Part shown: positions 48,894 to 62,170 of the stretch, piece by piece
How positions within the stretch are numbered: position 1 is the stretch's first letter
Layout: every line of letters starts with the position of its first letter
NCBI GenBank assembly: GCA_951406725.2
Contig: OX597828.1
Coordinates: 47,926,001-47,990,000 of the forward strand
Origin: Octopus vulgaris
Taxonomy: Eukaryota
Length of the DNA stretch: 64,000 nt
Direction: 5' to 3'
Notes under the pieces: generated by a model
Seen by the model: only the letters and a program-made list of their open reading frames with translations
Told to the model about the DNA's origin: nothing
The model's database searches: none
Made by a program: the position numbers and the translations under genes

Positions 48894-50598
48894 AAAGATG
48901 CGGTGAATAAATTATCGTCTAAATTATGCAAAAATGAAAATAACACTGACATCTCATTTTAACAGAAATATTTAACCCTTTAGTGTTTAAACCGGCCAAA
49001 TCTGGCCCAATATATTCTTCATGTTTTATATTCAAACTGGCAATATCTGGCCTCTCACACCTCCCCGACAATGTCATTCTAAATATAAACAATCACATCA
49101 TTGAAACCTCAAAGATATAAGATAATGCATGATTAATTCAAAACATTTGAGTGAAAATGTATTACATTTAACAGAGTAATCTGAACACTAAAGGGTTAAC
49201 AAAATTACATAAAAAATTTCTTGGAATACTAAACAGTAAATTTATTCAATAAAATCGCCATTGGCTTAAGTTACGGGCTGCAGAAGATGTCGGAATCTCC
49301 TGCAACTCTTATGGACGGTCTCCTTTAACCCTTTAGTGTTTAAACCGGCCATATCCGGCCCAAATATTCTATGTTTTATATTCAAACTGGTGATATCTGG
49401 CCTCTCACACCTAATCTACATTGATATTCTAAATATAAACAATCACATCATTGAAACCTCAAAAACTTTAAGATAATGCAGGATTAATTAAAAACAATTT
49501 GAGTAAAAAAATATTACATTTAACAGAGTAATCTGAACACTAAAGGGTTAAGTTGGTGAATGCAGCTGTAATCCTTGCCTTCAGTTCATCTTTGGTGTTA
49601 CAAGGAGTTTTGTTGGTTTCTCGCTCAACTGTGCCCCTCACATAATAATATGGGGAGTTAGGTGGCCAAATGTTAGGGGTGATGTGGTTGCAGAAATTGT
49701 CTGACTGCCACAACTGGGTTCTCTTGCTTGTGTGGTGCAGAGTCCTGTTGCCAGATATAGGGTCTCCAGCAGCCACCCTCTTGACCCAAGATAACACTAC
49801 TTCCTCCAAGCACTTGATGTAGGCCTTCTTGTTGAATCTAAGGCCGTGTGGAAAGATGAATGGAGGCATAAGGTCGCCGTCACTAGTGATCACTTCAAAC
49901 ACCATGATGTTGACTGGATTTTTTATTTTTATCATGTTCTGGGGACATGGCAAGCCAACAGCTGTTCTGTGTGTTCACCATTTAATCCTAGCAGAAATTT
50001 TTCTCATCTGAGAAAAACCAAAGCACGTTCAGTTTGAGTTTATTCAAAAGCTTCATAGCGCAGTCTTTCCTCTTGTCCTGATGGCTTTGGATAAAAATTG
50101 GCCCTTCCTCATCTTGTATGAGGAATACCAAACATCTTCAAGTACTACCTGCCTGATAAGAAACTCAGACACTACCATGTCCCTGGTCATGGGCCTTTGT
50201 TGACTTGGAGGGATCATTGTCAATCATAGCCTGGATCTCACCAACAAATTCAGGAGTTCTTTTCTTATTAGAATGAGCAGAGTGAGTTTTCCAAGCTGCC
50301 ATACCTTCATGATCACCATCAGACTCATCCAACTCTTTCCAAATCCTCTGCACTGTCCTCAGATTGACACCCAAACACTCTGAAATGTTCATATTGGAGC
50401 TTCCAGTGCGAATGCCAAGCAGTACAGCATGCCGTTTCCAAATTTCTGGCAGAGTGAATTGCGTCATGGTGTTGTTTTTCTCACAGACTATGCCAAACTG
50501 ACCCTACTATGCTCTAAAGTTAACAAAATCAAAAACAAACAGTGTGCATGTGCGAAATTAAAAATATGAAATGATGACAATTTACCCACCACACCCTG
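48894..50598 (-). mobile_element. Decayed Tc1/mariner-superfamily transposon interrupted by two piggyBac-type MITEs
   Basis: HTH-like ORF 50165-50467 (ISECLGVNLRTVQRIWKEL), DDE C-terminal motif WPPNSP in ORF 49540-49953. Degenerate TIRs ta-cagggtgtggtgggtaaattgtcatc / ta-aaagatgcggtgaataaattatcgtc with TA flanks. Confidence 0.85.
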
Positions 50599-50630
50599 TA
50601 TATGCACTTAATACATTACATACACACACG

Positions 50631-50665
<35 letters not shown>

Positions 50666-50873
50666 TCTTTGACTTGTTTCAGTCATTTGACTGCGGCCAT
50701 GCTGGAGCACCACCTTTAGTCAAGCAAATCGACTCCGGGACTTATTCTTTGTAAGCCCAGTACTTATTCTATCGGTCTCTTTTGCCGAACTGCTAAGTGA
50801 CGGGGACGTAAACACACCAGCATCGGTTGTCAAGCGATGTTGGGGGGGGGGGGCAAACACAGACACACACACA

Positions 50874-50922
<49 letters not shown>

Positions 50923-51084
50923 GACAGGCTTCTTTCAGTTTCCGTCTACCAAATCCACTCACAAGGCATTGGTCAGCCCGGGGCTATAGCAGAAAACACT
51001 TGCCCAAGATGCCACGCAGTGGGACTGAACCCGGAACCATATGGTTGGTAAGCAAGCTACTTACCACACAGCTACTCCTGTGCC

Positions 51085-51117
<33 letters not shown>

Positions 51118-52286
51118 GTGTTGGGTTCCATCCCACTATGCAACACCTTCAGAAAGGTTTTCCATTATAGTCTCAGGCTGACCAAAGCATGAACCAAGTC
51201 TGGCCCACCACTCATTTCATAAGTCACACACAAACATATGTACAGAGTAACCTCAAAGCAGGCCTTTTGCAGTACCCTTAAAACCAGGAACTTTGCAGCA
51301 CCCACCTCATATATCATCATCATCATCATCATCAGTTTAACGTCCTCTTTCCATGCTGGCATGGGTTGGACGGTTTGACAGGAACTGGTCATGCAGGAAC
51401 CTGCACCAGACTCCTGTGTCTGTTTTGACATGGTTTTTATACCTGGATGCCCTTCCTAACACCAAGCACCAGAGTCAAGAGCTCCACATAGATTACCCTC
51501 ATCCAGTTTGCTTCCGGTAGAGAGGTTTGGTTACTACCAGATGGCAGAATCGTTAGCATGCCGGGCAAAATGCTTAGCGGTATTTCGTCTGTCTTTACGT
51601 TCTGAGTTCAAATTCCACTGAGGTAGACTGACTTTCATCCTGTCAGGGTTGATAAATTAAGTACCAGTTGCGAACTTGGGTCGATCTAATCGACTGACAT
51701 CCTCCCCCCAAATTCCAGGTCTTGTGCCTATAGTAGAAGGTTATGACATACAGAACAAATGTAGGAGAAATTATGATAAACACAAGCTTATATTATTTAT
51801 TCCGTATGCTTCACTTCAGAGACATTTGATCTTTGTAACATAATACAAGGTGTTCCGTTACCTTGATGATCCGTTGTGGTTCACCATATAACAGCACTCG
51901 GATCATCCAATGCAGAGGATGCAAACAGCCACAACGTGTAGGGAACAAAAGATATAACCTTGTGTTTCACTTAATCTCATATATTGGCATGGCTGGGTGG
52001 TAAGAAGCTTGCTTCCCAACCACATGGTTCCAGGTTCAGTCCCACTGCATGCTACCTTGAGGAAGTGTCTTCTTCTCCAACTTCAGTCCAACCAAAGCCT
52101 TTCGAGTGGATTTGGTAGACAGAGTCTGAGAGAAGCCCATCTTATGTGTGCGTGTATGTGTGTGTGTGTGTGTCATTGTGTCTGTCCCTTACCACCTCTT
52201 CATAACTGGTGTTGGTGTGTTTACGTCCCTGTAACTTATCTCTTCAGCAAATGAGTTCAATAGAATAAGTATAAGTATCAAGCTTA

Positions 52287-52778
<492 letters not shown>

Positions 52779-54555
52779 TCACAGTTCTGCAGGTGACCTA
52801 TCTGACACAATTTTGTGAGACAATGTAAGAAGTGTGAGCCAACATAAGAGCCTTTAAATGATTGCCTGAGCTGCTAGAATTAGCAACCAATTCTCCACCA
52901 AATCACTAACAACTTCCTTTGCAAAAAAAAAATTTTTTAAAAAGAGGAATCAGGGGAAAGGACACATCATTAGATAATATATTCCTAATCCTGAAAACAC
53001 AACAAAAGACAGGATGGTCATGGCTGGACCACTGTGGTCAAAGATCTATGAGAATGAAGACTGACCAAAGGCTAAACAATATGAATATAAGATGTTAACC
53101 ACACAGTTCACAACCAATCTCAAGCCATCAGTAATATTTCACACACACACAACCCTAAAGCAGTTTATGGTTATTTCAATGAAGACTGTGTTTGGATTCA
53201 CTTGCATCATATACCTCTGCCTCTAGCACGAGTTAATTCTCCCCTAGTACTCCCTTTAATGGTAATTATGCTTTGTACAGTAAAAGACAGATTTCATCAT
53301 CATTTAGTGTCCGTTTTCCATGCTGGCATGGGTTGGACAGTTTGACTGAAACTGGCAAAGCTGGGGAGCTGCAGCAGATTCCATTCTGATTTAGCATGGG
53401 TTCTACAGCCGGATGCCCTTCCTAACACCAAAGATTTTTATTTTTAACCCTTTTCATACCAAACTGCTTAGGACCACCGTTGGTTTTAAGGCATAGACTT
53501 CCCATTCTAAAGTGATCATCATCATCATCGTTTAGCGTCCGCTTTCCATGCTAGCATGGGTTGGACGGTTCAACTGGGGTCTGGGAAGCCAGAAGGCTGC
53601 ACCAGGCCCAGTCTGATCTGGCAATGTTTCTACGGCTGGATGCCCTTCCTAACGCCCACCACTCCATGAGTGTAGTGGGTGCTTTTTATGTGCCACCTGC
53701 ACAGGTACCAGACGAGTCTGGCAAATGGCCACAAACGGATAGTGCTTTTTACGTGCCACCGGCACGGGGGCCAGGCGAAGCTGGCAACGGCCACGAACAG
53801 ATGGTGCTTTTTACATGCCATCTCAATTAAAATCTAATGCTAATTTATATTCCAAACATCAGCTTAATAATGAAGTTATTTCACTACTGTATTTTCCAGC
53901 ATACAAGTCGACATAGATTATGATGTAAACATTCAAACATTGTCACTGTCTTTTCAAATTCTACTGTCTTTCACAAGGAATTTTCAGTCCTTCAAAGTCA
54001 TCTCAGTTTATAAGTTGACTCACCTTGACTGGGTATCAATTTTGGTCTGAAAAATTTGACTTGTATGCCAGAAAATATGGTATACTCCTTGTTTAATTTT
54101 GAAAGAAAAAGAGTGTATTTCAACAGAAATATGGTAACACAAAAAATAGTTTAATGCCACTAAATGAAGATAATGCAAGTGGAAAGTAATCAACTGTGTC
54201 ACTAGGTTCAAAGTCAATGCAACAAAATATCCAACCCTTTCCTCTTTCTCTCCCCACCTCTCCTTGTATGTGTCTTTTACTGTCTCTTTGAGTGTCTTTC
54301 TCTCTCTCTCTCATCTGTGTATACTTATCTCTCTTTTTCTCTCTCATTAAGTTTCTCTACCAGTCTCTCATTATGAAAGCTTGCTTCTCTCTCTCTCACA
54401 CACACACACACACATCACCCGAATGTCACACTGTTTCTCTCTCTCTCTCTCCCCTTCATGTTTCTCCTTATTTCCCCCACTCTCCTTCCTCCTGTATAAT
54501 TATTTTCCCTTCTTTTTCTCTTCCTCTCCTCTCTCACTCAATATATAAAGCTTAC

Positions 54556-54607
54556 CTCGATGCATGATTTGGTGCTTTTCACGCAGATAATTCAAACCTT
54601 TCATAAC
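54556..54607 (-). CDS. MAP2K1: MEK exon 5 (52 nt): VMKGLNYLREKHQIMHR(D)
   Basis: ttcattcag|GTT ... CGAG|gtaagc; the HRD motif is split across the junction. Confidence 0.97.
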
Positions 54608-55443
54608 CTGAATGAAAGAAAAAAAAAAAGAAAAAAAAAAATCAACAAAAACACATTGAATGAAATTTGTGAAAACAGTCTCAATACTATTATTATTATT
54701 ATTATTATTATTATTGGGGCAGCAAGCTGGACAAAATGCTGCTAAGCATTTTGTCCATCTCTACATTCTGAGTCAAAATTTCACCGTGGTCACCTTTGCC
54801 TTTCATCCATTCAGGGTCGATGAAATAAGTACCAGTTGAATACTGGGGTCGATGTAATTGACTTATTTCCTCCTTCGAAAAATAGGATGGGCATGGTTGG
54901 AACACCATTTACAATAAGTCTGTTGGATCAGGTCTGATCTAGGATTAAACAACCAAAGAGGATATTATTACATAATATAGACACACAAATGAATAAATTA
55001 GTAATTCTTTCTGTTACAGACACAAGGCCTAGACTTTTAGATAAGGGGAGGGATCTAATTAATTACATCGACCCCAGGACACAATTGGTATTTATTTGAT
55101 CGACTCCAAAAGGCTGAAAGGCAAAGTTGACCTCAGAGTGTACAGATGGACAAAAGAATGCTCAGCATTTTGTCTGGCATGTGAGCAATCCTGGTCAGCA
55201 CACCGCCTTAATAATTCTACTATGGGCACAAGGATTGAAATTTTGGGGGCAGGAGCTAGTTGATTACATCAGTCCCGGTCCTTGGGATGAAAGGCAAGAT
55301 AAACCTAAGTCGAATTTGAACAACAATAAATAACAATAAAAAGGTGGGATGACCATTGATGCCATTAATCACAGATCAAGCAAGAGGACGAAACACAACT
55401 TCTAAAAAATAAAAGATTGAAGGAAAATAAGGTATATACTCAC

Positions 55444-55521
55444 AGCTATAGTTATTTTTCCTAAAATTGGCTCAGGAATTCTGCCTGCCTTTTTAAGTAT
55501 CAAATCCAAGGAACCACCATC
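55444..55521 (-). CDS. MAP2K1: MEK exon 4 (78 nt): [26 protein letters not shown]
   Basis: ggcag|GAT ... GCT|gtgagt; translated by hand (not in the ORF track). Confidence 0.97.
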
Positions 55522-57375
55522 CTGCCAGAAATGGAACAAAACCACATTAGTTTACATGACTATCAGGTTCTTACAATAACAACCTTCATTTCTTCAGTTA
55601 ATGAAAAAGCTGAGCCAAGAAAACAGTAACGAGCCGTTACCAAAATCTTGTATGCCTAAAACGCTTAAGGGCACTGAAACTAAAAGAATACACAACAAAT
55701 CCATTGGCATTGTTTGGCATTAGAGTGTTCCAGAAGAGAAAAAAATGGTGCAAACCAAAAACTCAGTATAGCAATCAAATGCACTCCAAGAACTTAGGTG
55801 CCACACATTTGCAGTTTGAAATATTAGGACAACCAAACGTCTTGTTATGCAAACTAAGGTTGATTATTGAAATCTCAGAATGGTTCAAATTGTATACAAA
55901 GTGTCTATGGCAGTACACCTGATAAGAACGACTCCATGCCATCAATATTAACTGCAATAACAACAACTTTTAGAATCTTCCTGCAAATCCCATCCTTCCA
56001 AGATCTGACCTCATACCTATTGAAATGTTACCTTTGGGTTATTCATACCCACAAGGTATTTACATGTACACCACAACCCAACATTCCATTAAATCACATC
56101 CCACATCCCTCCCAGCTTAGTCACTTCTTCCACAGACATCGACTTGATAAGGTTTCTAATGCTGTACCAATCCATCTCAGCTCACCATCCATGTTGATAT
56201 GTTTGTTCTCCACCATAAATTTTGTTTTTAAATGCAGTTTTATATACATTTTTCATTTCATGTAAGGACAGAATATTTTTTTTCATGAAACAGTTGTTTT
56301 TTGTTTCACCTGGATACCCTTTAACCCTTTAGCATTTAAACTGGCCATATCCGGCCAAAAGTATTCTGCCTGTTTTATGTTCAAACTGGCCAGATCTGGT
56401 CTCTTACACCAACCCTACAATATCATTTTAAAAATTAACAGCTACCTCGTCAAAATCTCATAACTACAAGATAATGCCTGATTAATTCAAATCAATGTGG
56501 ATAAAAAAGGATTAACTTTGGCAGAATAATGCGAACACTAAAGGGTTAAAGTGATGTATGTCACCTGAATATGGTGACTCTGAATTATTTAGAAATGGGC
56601 AGTTGCCTCAATGATGTATGTCTAAAATGTTTATGAGCACAGTGAACAAAAGAATATACAAAGACATATCTGTTGGCATCATTTTGGCATTAGATTGTAC
56701 CAGAAGAGACAAAAAATGGTGTTAGCCAAAATCTCAATTGAACCTGTTTTTTCTATTTTCGAGGCAATCCATTGAGTCAAGTACACCAACATCAAAACCA
56801 ATGGAAACTGCAGTTGTGATCCCTGTGCAGGTGGCACGTAAAAAGCACTATCCAAATCGTGGCCGTGGCAAATGGTTTCCGTGCCAGTGGCACATAAAAA
56901 GCACCATCCGAATCGTGGCCGATGCCAGCGCCACCTTGGCTGGCTTCCGTGCCGGTGGCACATAAAATGCACCAATCCGATTGTAGCCGTTGCCAGCCTC
57001 GCCTGGCACCTGTGCAGGTGGCACATAAAAAGCACCCACTACACTCACGGAGTGGTTGGCGTTAGGAAGGGCATCCAGCTGTAGAAACACTGCCAGATCA
57101 GACTGGAGCCTGGTGCAGCCTTCTGGCTTCCCAGATCCCCGGTCGAACTGTCCAACCCGTGCTAGCATGGAGAACGGACGTTAAACGATGATGATGATGA
57201 GACATACTGAACCATACAAATTTATGTAGCTTACCCAAGAGTGCAACAGCTACAGCTTTAGTCAAAACTTGAACTAATGAATATATGATCAATAGTCAAC
57301 TGCTTTAACCATGCAGCTATTTTACTTCAGTGACAGGAAAAGGAAATACAAATGGGTGGGACAGAAACTACTCAC

Positions 57376-57522
57376 CATATATTCCATACATATATTGATT
57401 TCACCATCACAGAAGAAAGCCGTATAAAAGCCAACTATATACGGTGAGTTACACTCATGAAGTACTTTGAGTTCTCGAAATATCTGATTCCGTACTGAGG
57501 GTTTCACTTCTAAATGAATTAG
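57376..57522 (-). CDS. MAP2K1: MEK exon 3 (147 nt): [49 protein letters not shown]
   Basis: ttgcag|CTA ... ATG|gtgagt; closely matches MEK1 residues 98-146. Confidence 0.98.
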
Positions 57523-60500
57523 CTGCAAGCAGAAAGGCAAAGACAGTAATTAATATACAATGATACTAGACAAGTCCGGATAAAGACCGATGGAGGATCA
57601 AAGCACTTAAAAGATTTTGGTGTTCCCATATATGTGTAACTCAAAATATAAACAATAATAAACCATAAAATAAATTTTTATTTTTCAAAATGAAACAAAA
57701 CAAACAACAAGATGGAAAATAATGTTTATTTTTGTATACTTCCATTTTATTTATATTTGAAAAGTTTCCTCCTACTTTTTTTTTAATTGCAAAGTCTTTG
57801 ATCATATCCACACTATGACATCTTGAACACTACAAAATTTTAAATTTCTATCCGATCATGGCCGTTGCCAGCCTCGCCTGGCGCCCGTACCGGTGGCACG
57901 TAAAAAGCACCATCCGTCCGTGGCCGTTTGCCAGCTCCGTCTGGCACCTGTGCGGGTGGCACGTAAAAAGTACCCACTACACTCACGGAGTGGTTGGCGT
58001 TAGAAAGGGCATCCAGCCGTAGAAACACTGCCAGATCAGACTGGGCCTGATGCAGCCTTCTGGCTTCACAGGCCCCAGTTGAACCATCCAACCCATGCTA
58101 GCATGGAAAGCGGACGCTAAATGATGATGATGATATAAACCACTTCAAATATTTTAGCAAGTTTAAAGTGATTTTATTGTGCCATAAGCCACTTACCTTG
58201 ATACCCTAAGCACATGCTTATTTTATGTAACGGTTAATCCAACACTGGTACCAGAAGTAGAAAGTGGCATTAACGCCACTCTACAAACAGGATAATAATA
58301 CAAGGAGGCAAAAAAACAACTACATATTATTATTATTATTATTATTATTATTAAGGCAGTGAGCTGGCAGAATTGTTTGCCCGCCAGACAAAACACTTAG
58401 CGGCATTTTATCTGTTCTTACAATCTGAGTTCAAATTCTGCCGGGATCGTCTTTGCCTTTCATCCTTTCGAGGTCGATAAGTATCAGTTGAGTACTGGAA
58501 TTATTATTGTGAGGATGCATAACCTAGTGGTTAGGGTGTTGTACTCATGACTGTGAGATTGTGGTTTCAATTCCTAGACTGAGTGGTGGTTTGTGTTCTT
58601 GAGCAAAACACTTCATCTTATGTTGCTTTGCGATCACTTCGACATTTGACGTGTGGCACACTGTGCACCTGTTCAGGCAATGTTGATTTGATGAAGGGAG
58701 TGAGCTAATGTATGGCATATACATTTGATTTTGCCAGTGCCGCCCCGACTGGCCTCCGTGCCGGTGGCAAGTAAAAAGCACCATCCGACCGTGGTCGCTT
58801 GCTAGCCTCGTCTGGCACCTGTGCTGGTGGCACATGAAAAGCATCCACTACACTCATGGAGTGGTTGGCATTAGGAAGGGCATCCAGCCGTAGAAACATT
58901 GCCAGATCAGACTGGGCCTGGTGCAGCCTTCTGGCTTCCCAGACCCCAGTTGAACCATCCAACCCATGCTAGCATGGAAAGCGGACGCTAAACGATGATG
59001 ATGATGATGAATTCATTTAAGATCAGAAGCCATGAATCATTTTCTAGTATTGCATCAAGGCATAAAACAACTAACAAGCAAATCTGTGGTACTAAGCAGA
59101 ATATTTGCTGTAGCCCATCTTTTACACCAAGACTAAACATGTACATGATTGTGCTTTCCAATCAGTTAAGATCAGAAGCCACGAAAGCCAACGCTTGATT
59201 ATTAATGGTGGCAGTGTTGGCATTGAATAGTAAGCTTTCAGTGAATCAACCCTGTTTTATTTCCCAACAACATCCACAAGCAAGGAGCAGGGGTGAGAGA
59301 GGTGGTGGGAAACGGATTTCATATTTGACATTATTCAAGAGGGTTAATAGGCCCCTCTTCAAGGTCATTCAATTGATGTAACACTGATTAGAATCTCTGG
59401 AGAGTCTAGAAGTTATGAGAGGGAGGCTGGGGGGGGGGGGGAGCTAAAGCAACAGAAATTTATTTATTGTTTTTTTTGTATATTTAATTGTTTTAGTGTT
59501 TCAATTGAAAGGAAACCTCAAGAGAGGGGAAACTACTTCCAGAAAAAAAGGTGCATCATCACCATCAACATCATTGCATTAAGGTCCATTCCACAATGCT
59601 GTCATGTGACAATATGAACTTGAAGGAGGGTCATGTGACAAATTTAAAGCTTTCACATATTAAACAATGACCTCCTATTCTTTAAAATAATAATCATTAC
59701 ACACACACACACACACACAAGTAGCCCATCCTGTAAGCCAGGAGGAAATTTAAGTAGCAAAGGCCTTTTAACAGTCTACAGTTTTTAAGCAAATCCAATT
59801 CCTTTTTAGAGAAGCATCAATTAATATTTAGCAGAAGTCACATTCTCAAATCAACTAAATGGTCATGTTACTTGAAGAAATAGCAACCAAATTCTTCTCA
59901 AATCAAGCCTAACTGCCTTTAAAAAAAAAAAAAAATTTTTTTTTAAATCATCATCAACAATATTTAATATCCATTTTCCATACTGGCATGGGTTGGACAG
60001 TTTCCCCAGAGCTAATCAGCCACAGATTTTTTCCAGGCTCAAATTCTCTTTTGACATGGTTTCTATGAATGGATGCCCTTCCTAACACCAACGACTTCAC
60101 AGAGTGTGCACAGGTGCATTTACATAGCACTGGCACAAGTGCATTTTATGCGGCATCAGCTCTTGTAAAACAAAAAACCTCTCAGCTGGGAGAGGGAATC
60201 GAGGCAAGGACATAAAGGACATGTGTGTATGTATGGATGGCCACAGTTTTAGTTAGCTCAACATGTCTTCTGAAGTACAGCATGCAAAAAGCCCCTGTTA
60301 CACTCTTGAAATGGTCGGCATTAAGAGGTCATCCAACCATAGAGACCATGCTAAATCAGATTGGAACCTGGTGCAGCTCTCTTGCTTACCAGATTCAGTC
60401 AAACCCAGGAGTCAGTGAACTGGGGTAAAAATGAAATTCTTGGGTGTAATGAGGACTCGTTAGACATCAGTAAAATAATAAAAAAAAAATGTGTTCCTTG

Positions 60501-61189
60501 TTACGACAGAAGTCTATCCAATGTAAGGGACATATAATTAGATTCAATAAACCTTTTGAATTCAAAGAATCTATGACTTTCTTCCTTTCAAATCAAGGGG
60601 GTAACATCAGTATAAATAAATCATATTTTGGGGTAATTGATTAAAAAAGTTCCCCAACCCCTAGGCGCAGGAGTGGCTGTGTGGTAAGTAGCTTGCTAAC
60701 CAACCACATGGTTCCGGGTTCAGTCCCACTGCGTGGCATCTTGGGCAAGTGTCTTCTGCTATAGCCCTGGGCTGACCAATGCTTTGTGAGTAGATTTGAT
60801 AGATGGAAACTGAAAGAAGCCAGTCGTATATATGTATATATGTGTATGTGTGTGTGTGTGTTTGTCCCCCTAGCATTGCTGGTGTGTTTACGTCCCCGTC
60901 ACTTAGCGGTTCGGCAAAAGAGACCGATAGAATAAGTACTGGGCTTACAAAGAATAAGTCCTGGGGTCGATTTGCTCGACTAAAGGCGGTGCTCCAGCAT
61001 GGCCGCAGTCAAATGACTGAAACAAGTAAAAGAGTAACCCCTAGTCTATCCTATGTCAGGATGGAAAGCAGATGCTAAATGATGATAATGATGATGATTT
61101 CTTTATCACTGATGATTCAAAAGGAAAAACAACATGCACTGTGGGAAACCAAATCAAGGAAAAAGGATCTAATGATACATTCCACTTAC

Positions 61190-61421
61190 CTTATGAGCCA
61201 TCAACAGATTTGTTGATTTGTGTCGCACTTTCAGGACCACACCTCCATTGCCAGAACCAAGTTCCCCAATTTTGTCTATGTCATCAATTGTCAACTCTCC
61301 AATTTGCTGCTTCTTCCTCAGAAATTCTTCCAAGCGTTTTCGCTGTTTTTCATCTAGATCTAACTCCATAATGCCTTGTTGAAGTTCCTCCACGCTGGCA
61401 CCCATGCCAGTTGTATTTTTA
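61190..61421 (-). CDS. MAP2K1: MEK exon 2 (232 nt): [34 protein letters not shown]...[26 protein letters not shown]
   Basis: Acceptor ttgttgcag|T, donor AAG|gtaagt. Encodes an NES-like leucine motif, the negative regulatory helix, the Gly-rich loop and the catalytic Lys. Phase-2 start as in the vertebrate exon 1/2 junction. Confidence 0.95.
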
Positions 61422-61779
61422 CTGCAACAAAAACAACAGCAATAAGAACTTCTTCCTGACGACGAAGCCATATTTCACACAATCACGACTTTTCTCTCCA
61501 GCTACCAGCAAATTATTGTGTGTATACCCAGTATATATATCTATGTGTATGTGTATATATGTGCATACACCTGTAAATAGGGCTTTGTACTTGGAGGAGC
61601 AGGGAGCTACATATGCATGTGTATTTGTGTAACTTTTAATGCATCTGAAATGCTGTAACTATGCAATGGAAACACAGCAATACATGTATCTGAGACTTTA
61701 CAGCTATGGTTGTATATGAGAAACTGTTACATTGTATAAGAGCATGTTTGAAGGTACATGGTAAAAGAAAAAGCCTAAT

Positions 61780-62170
61780 CAGTGCACAGGTACTGGATGG
61801 TACTGTACAAAGTTATAACCCTGTATTATATCACAGACTGTGTTGAGTGAAAGAAATCTTGAGTCTCTGCTTAACTCCAGGTGAGATATATATTTAATCA
61901 CATATATATATTAAAAGAGCAAGTGGGAGTTAATGATTGGGCCTGGATTAACAGTGAACTGAAGTGTGGTCTGGTGATGTATAGTGTGCCAAAACCAGAT
62001 GTGCCCTTCCTTGCACAAGGCTGACTAAGTAAATAGATGGACTGCCATTGTGTAGGAATGAGTACTTAAAGGTTTGATGGGCCATTCCAAATATAGCTGA
62101 AGGTTGGCTGGACTTGGCCATGTTGGGTGTGAACACAGATTGGGTGTGTAGCAGGGCTGAAGAAATTTCA
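61780..62170 (-). mobile_element. Decayed CR1/L2-like LINE 3' remnant
   Basis: AHQ..YSFLHNG...LVSLVQ...SVHC resembles the CR1/Crack C-terminus. Confidence 0.4.

Noticed and set aside
61422-61471. ORF-track N-terminus [17 protein letters not shown] as the MEK start
   Set aside because: It runs through a pyrimidine tract and a CAG acceptor at the conserved intron position and lacks the basic ERK-docking motif. Exon 1 is probably upstream; none was found in 61422-64000.
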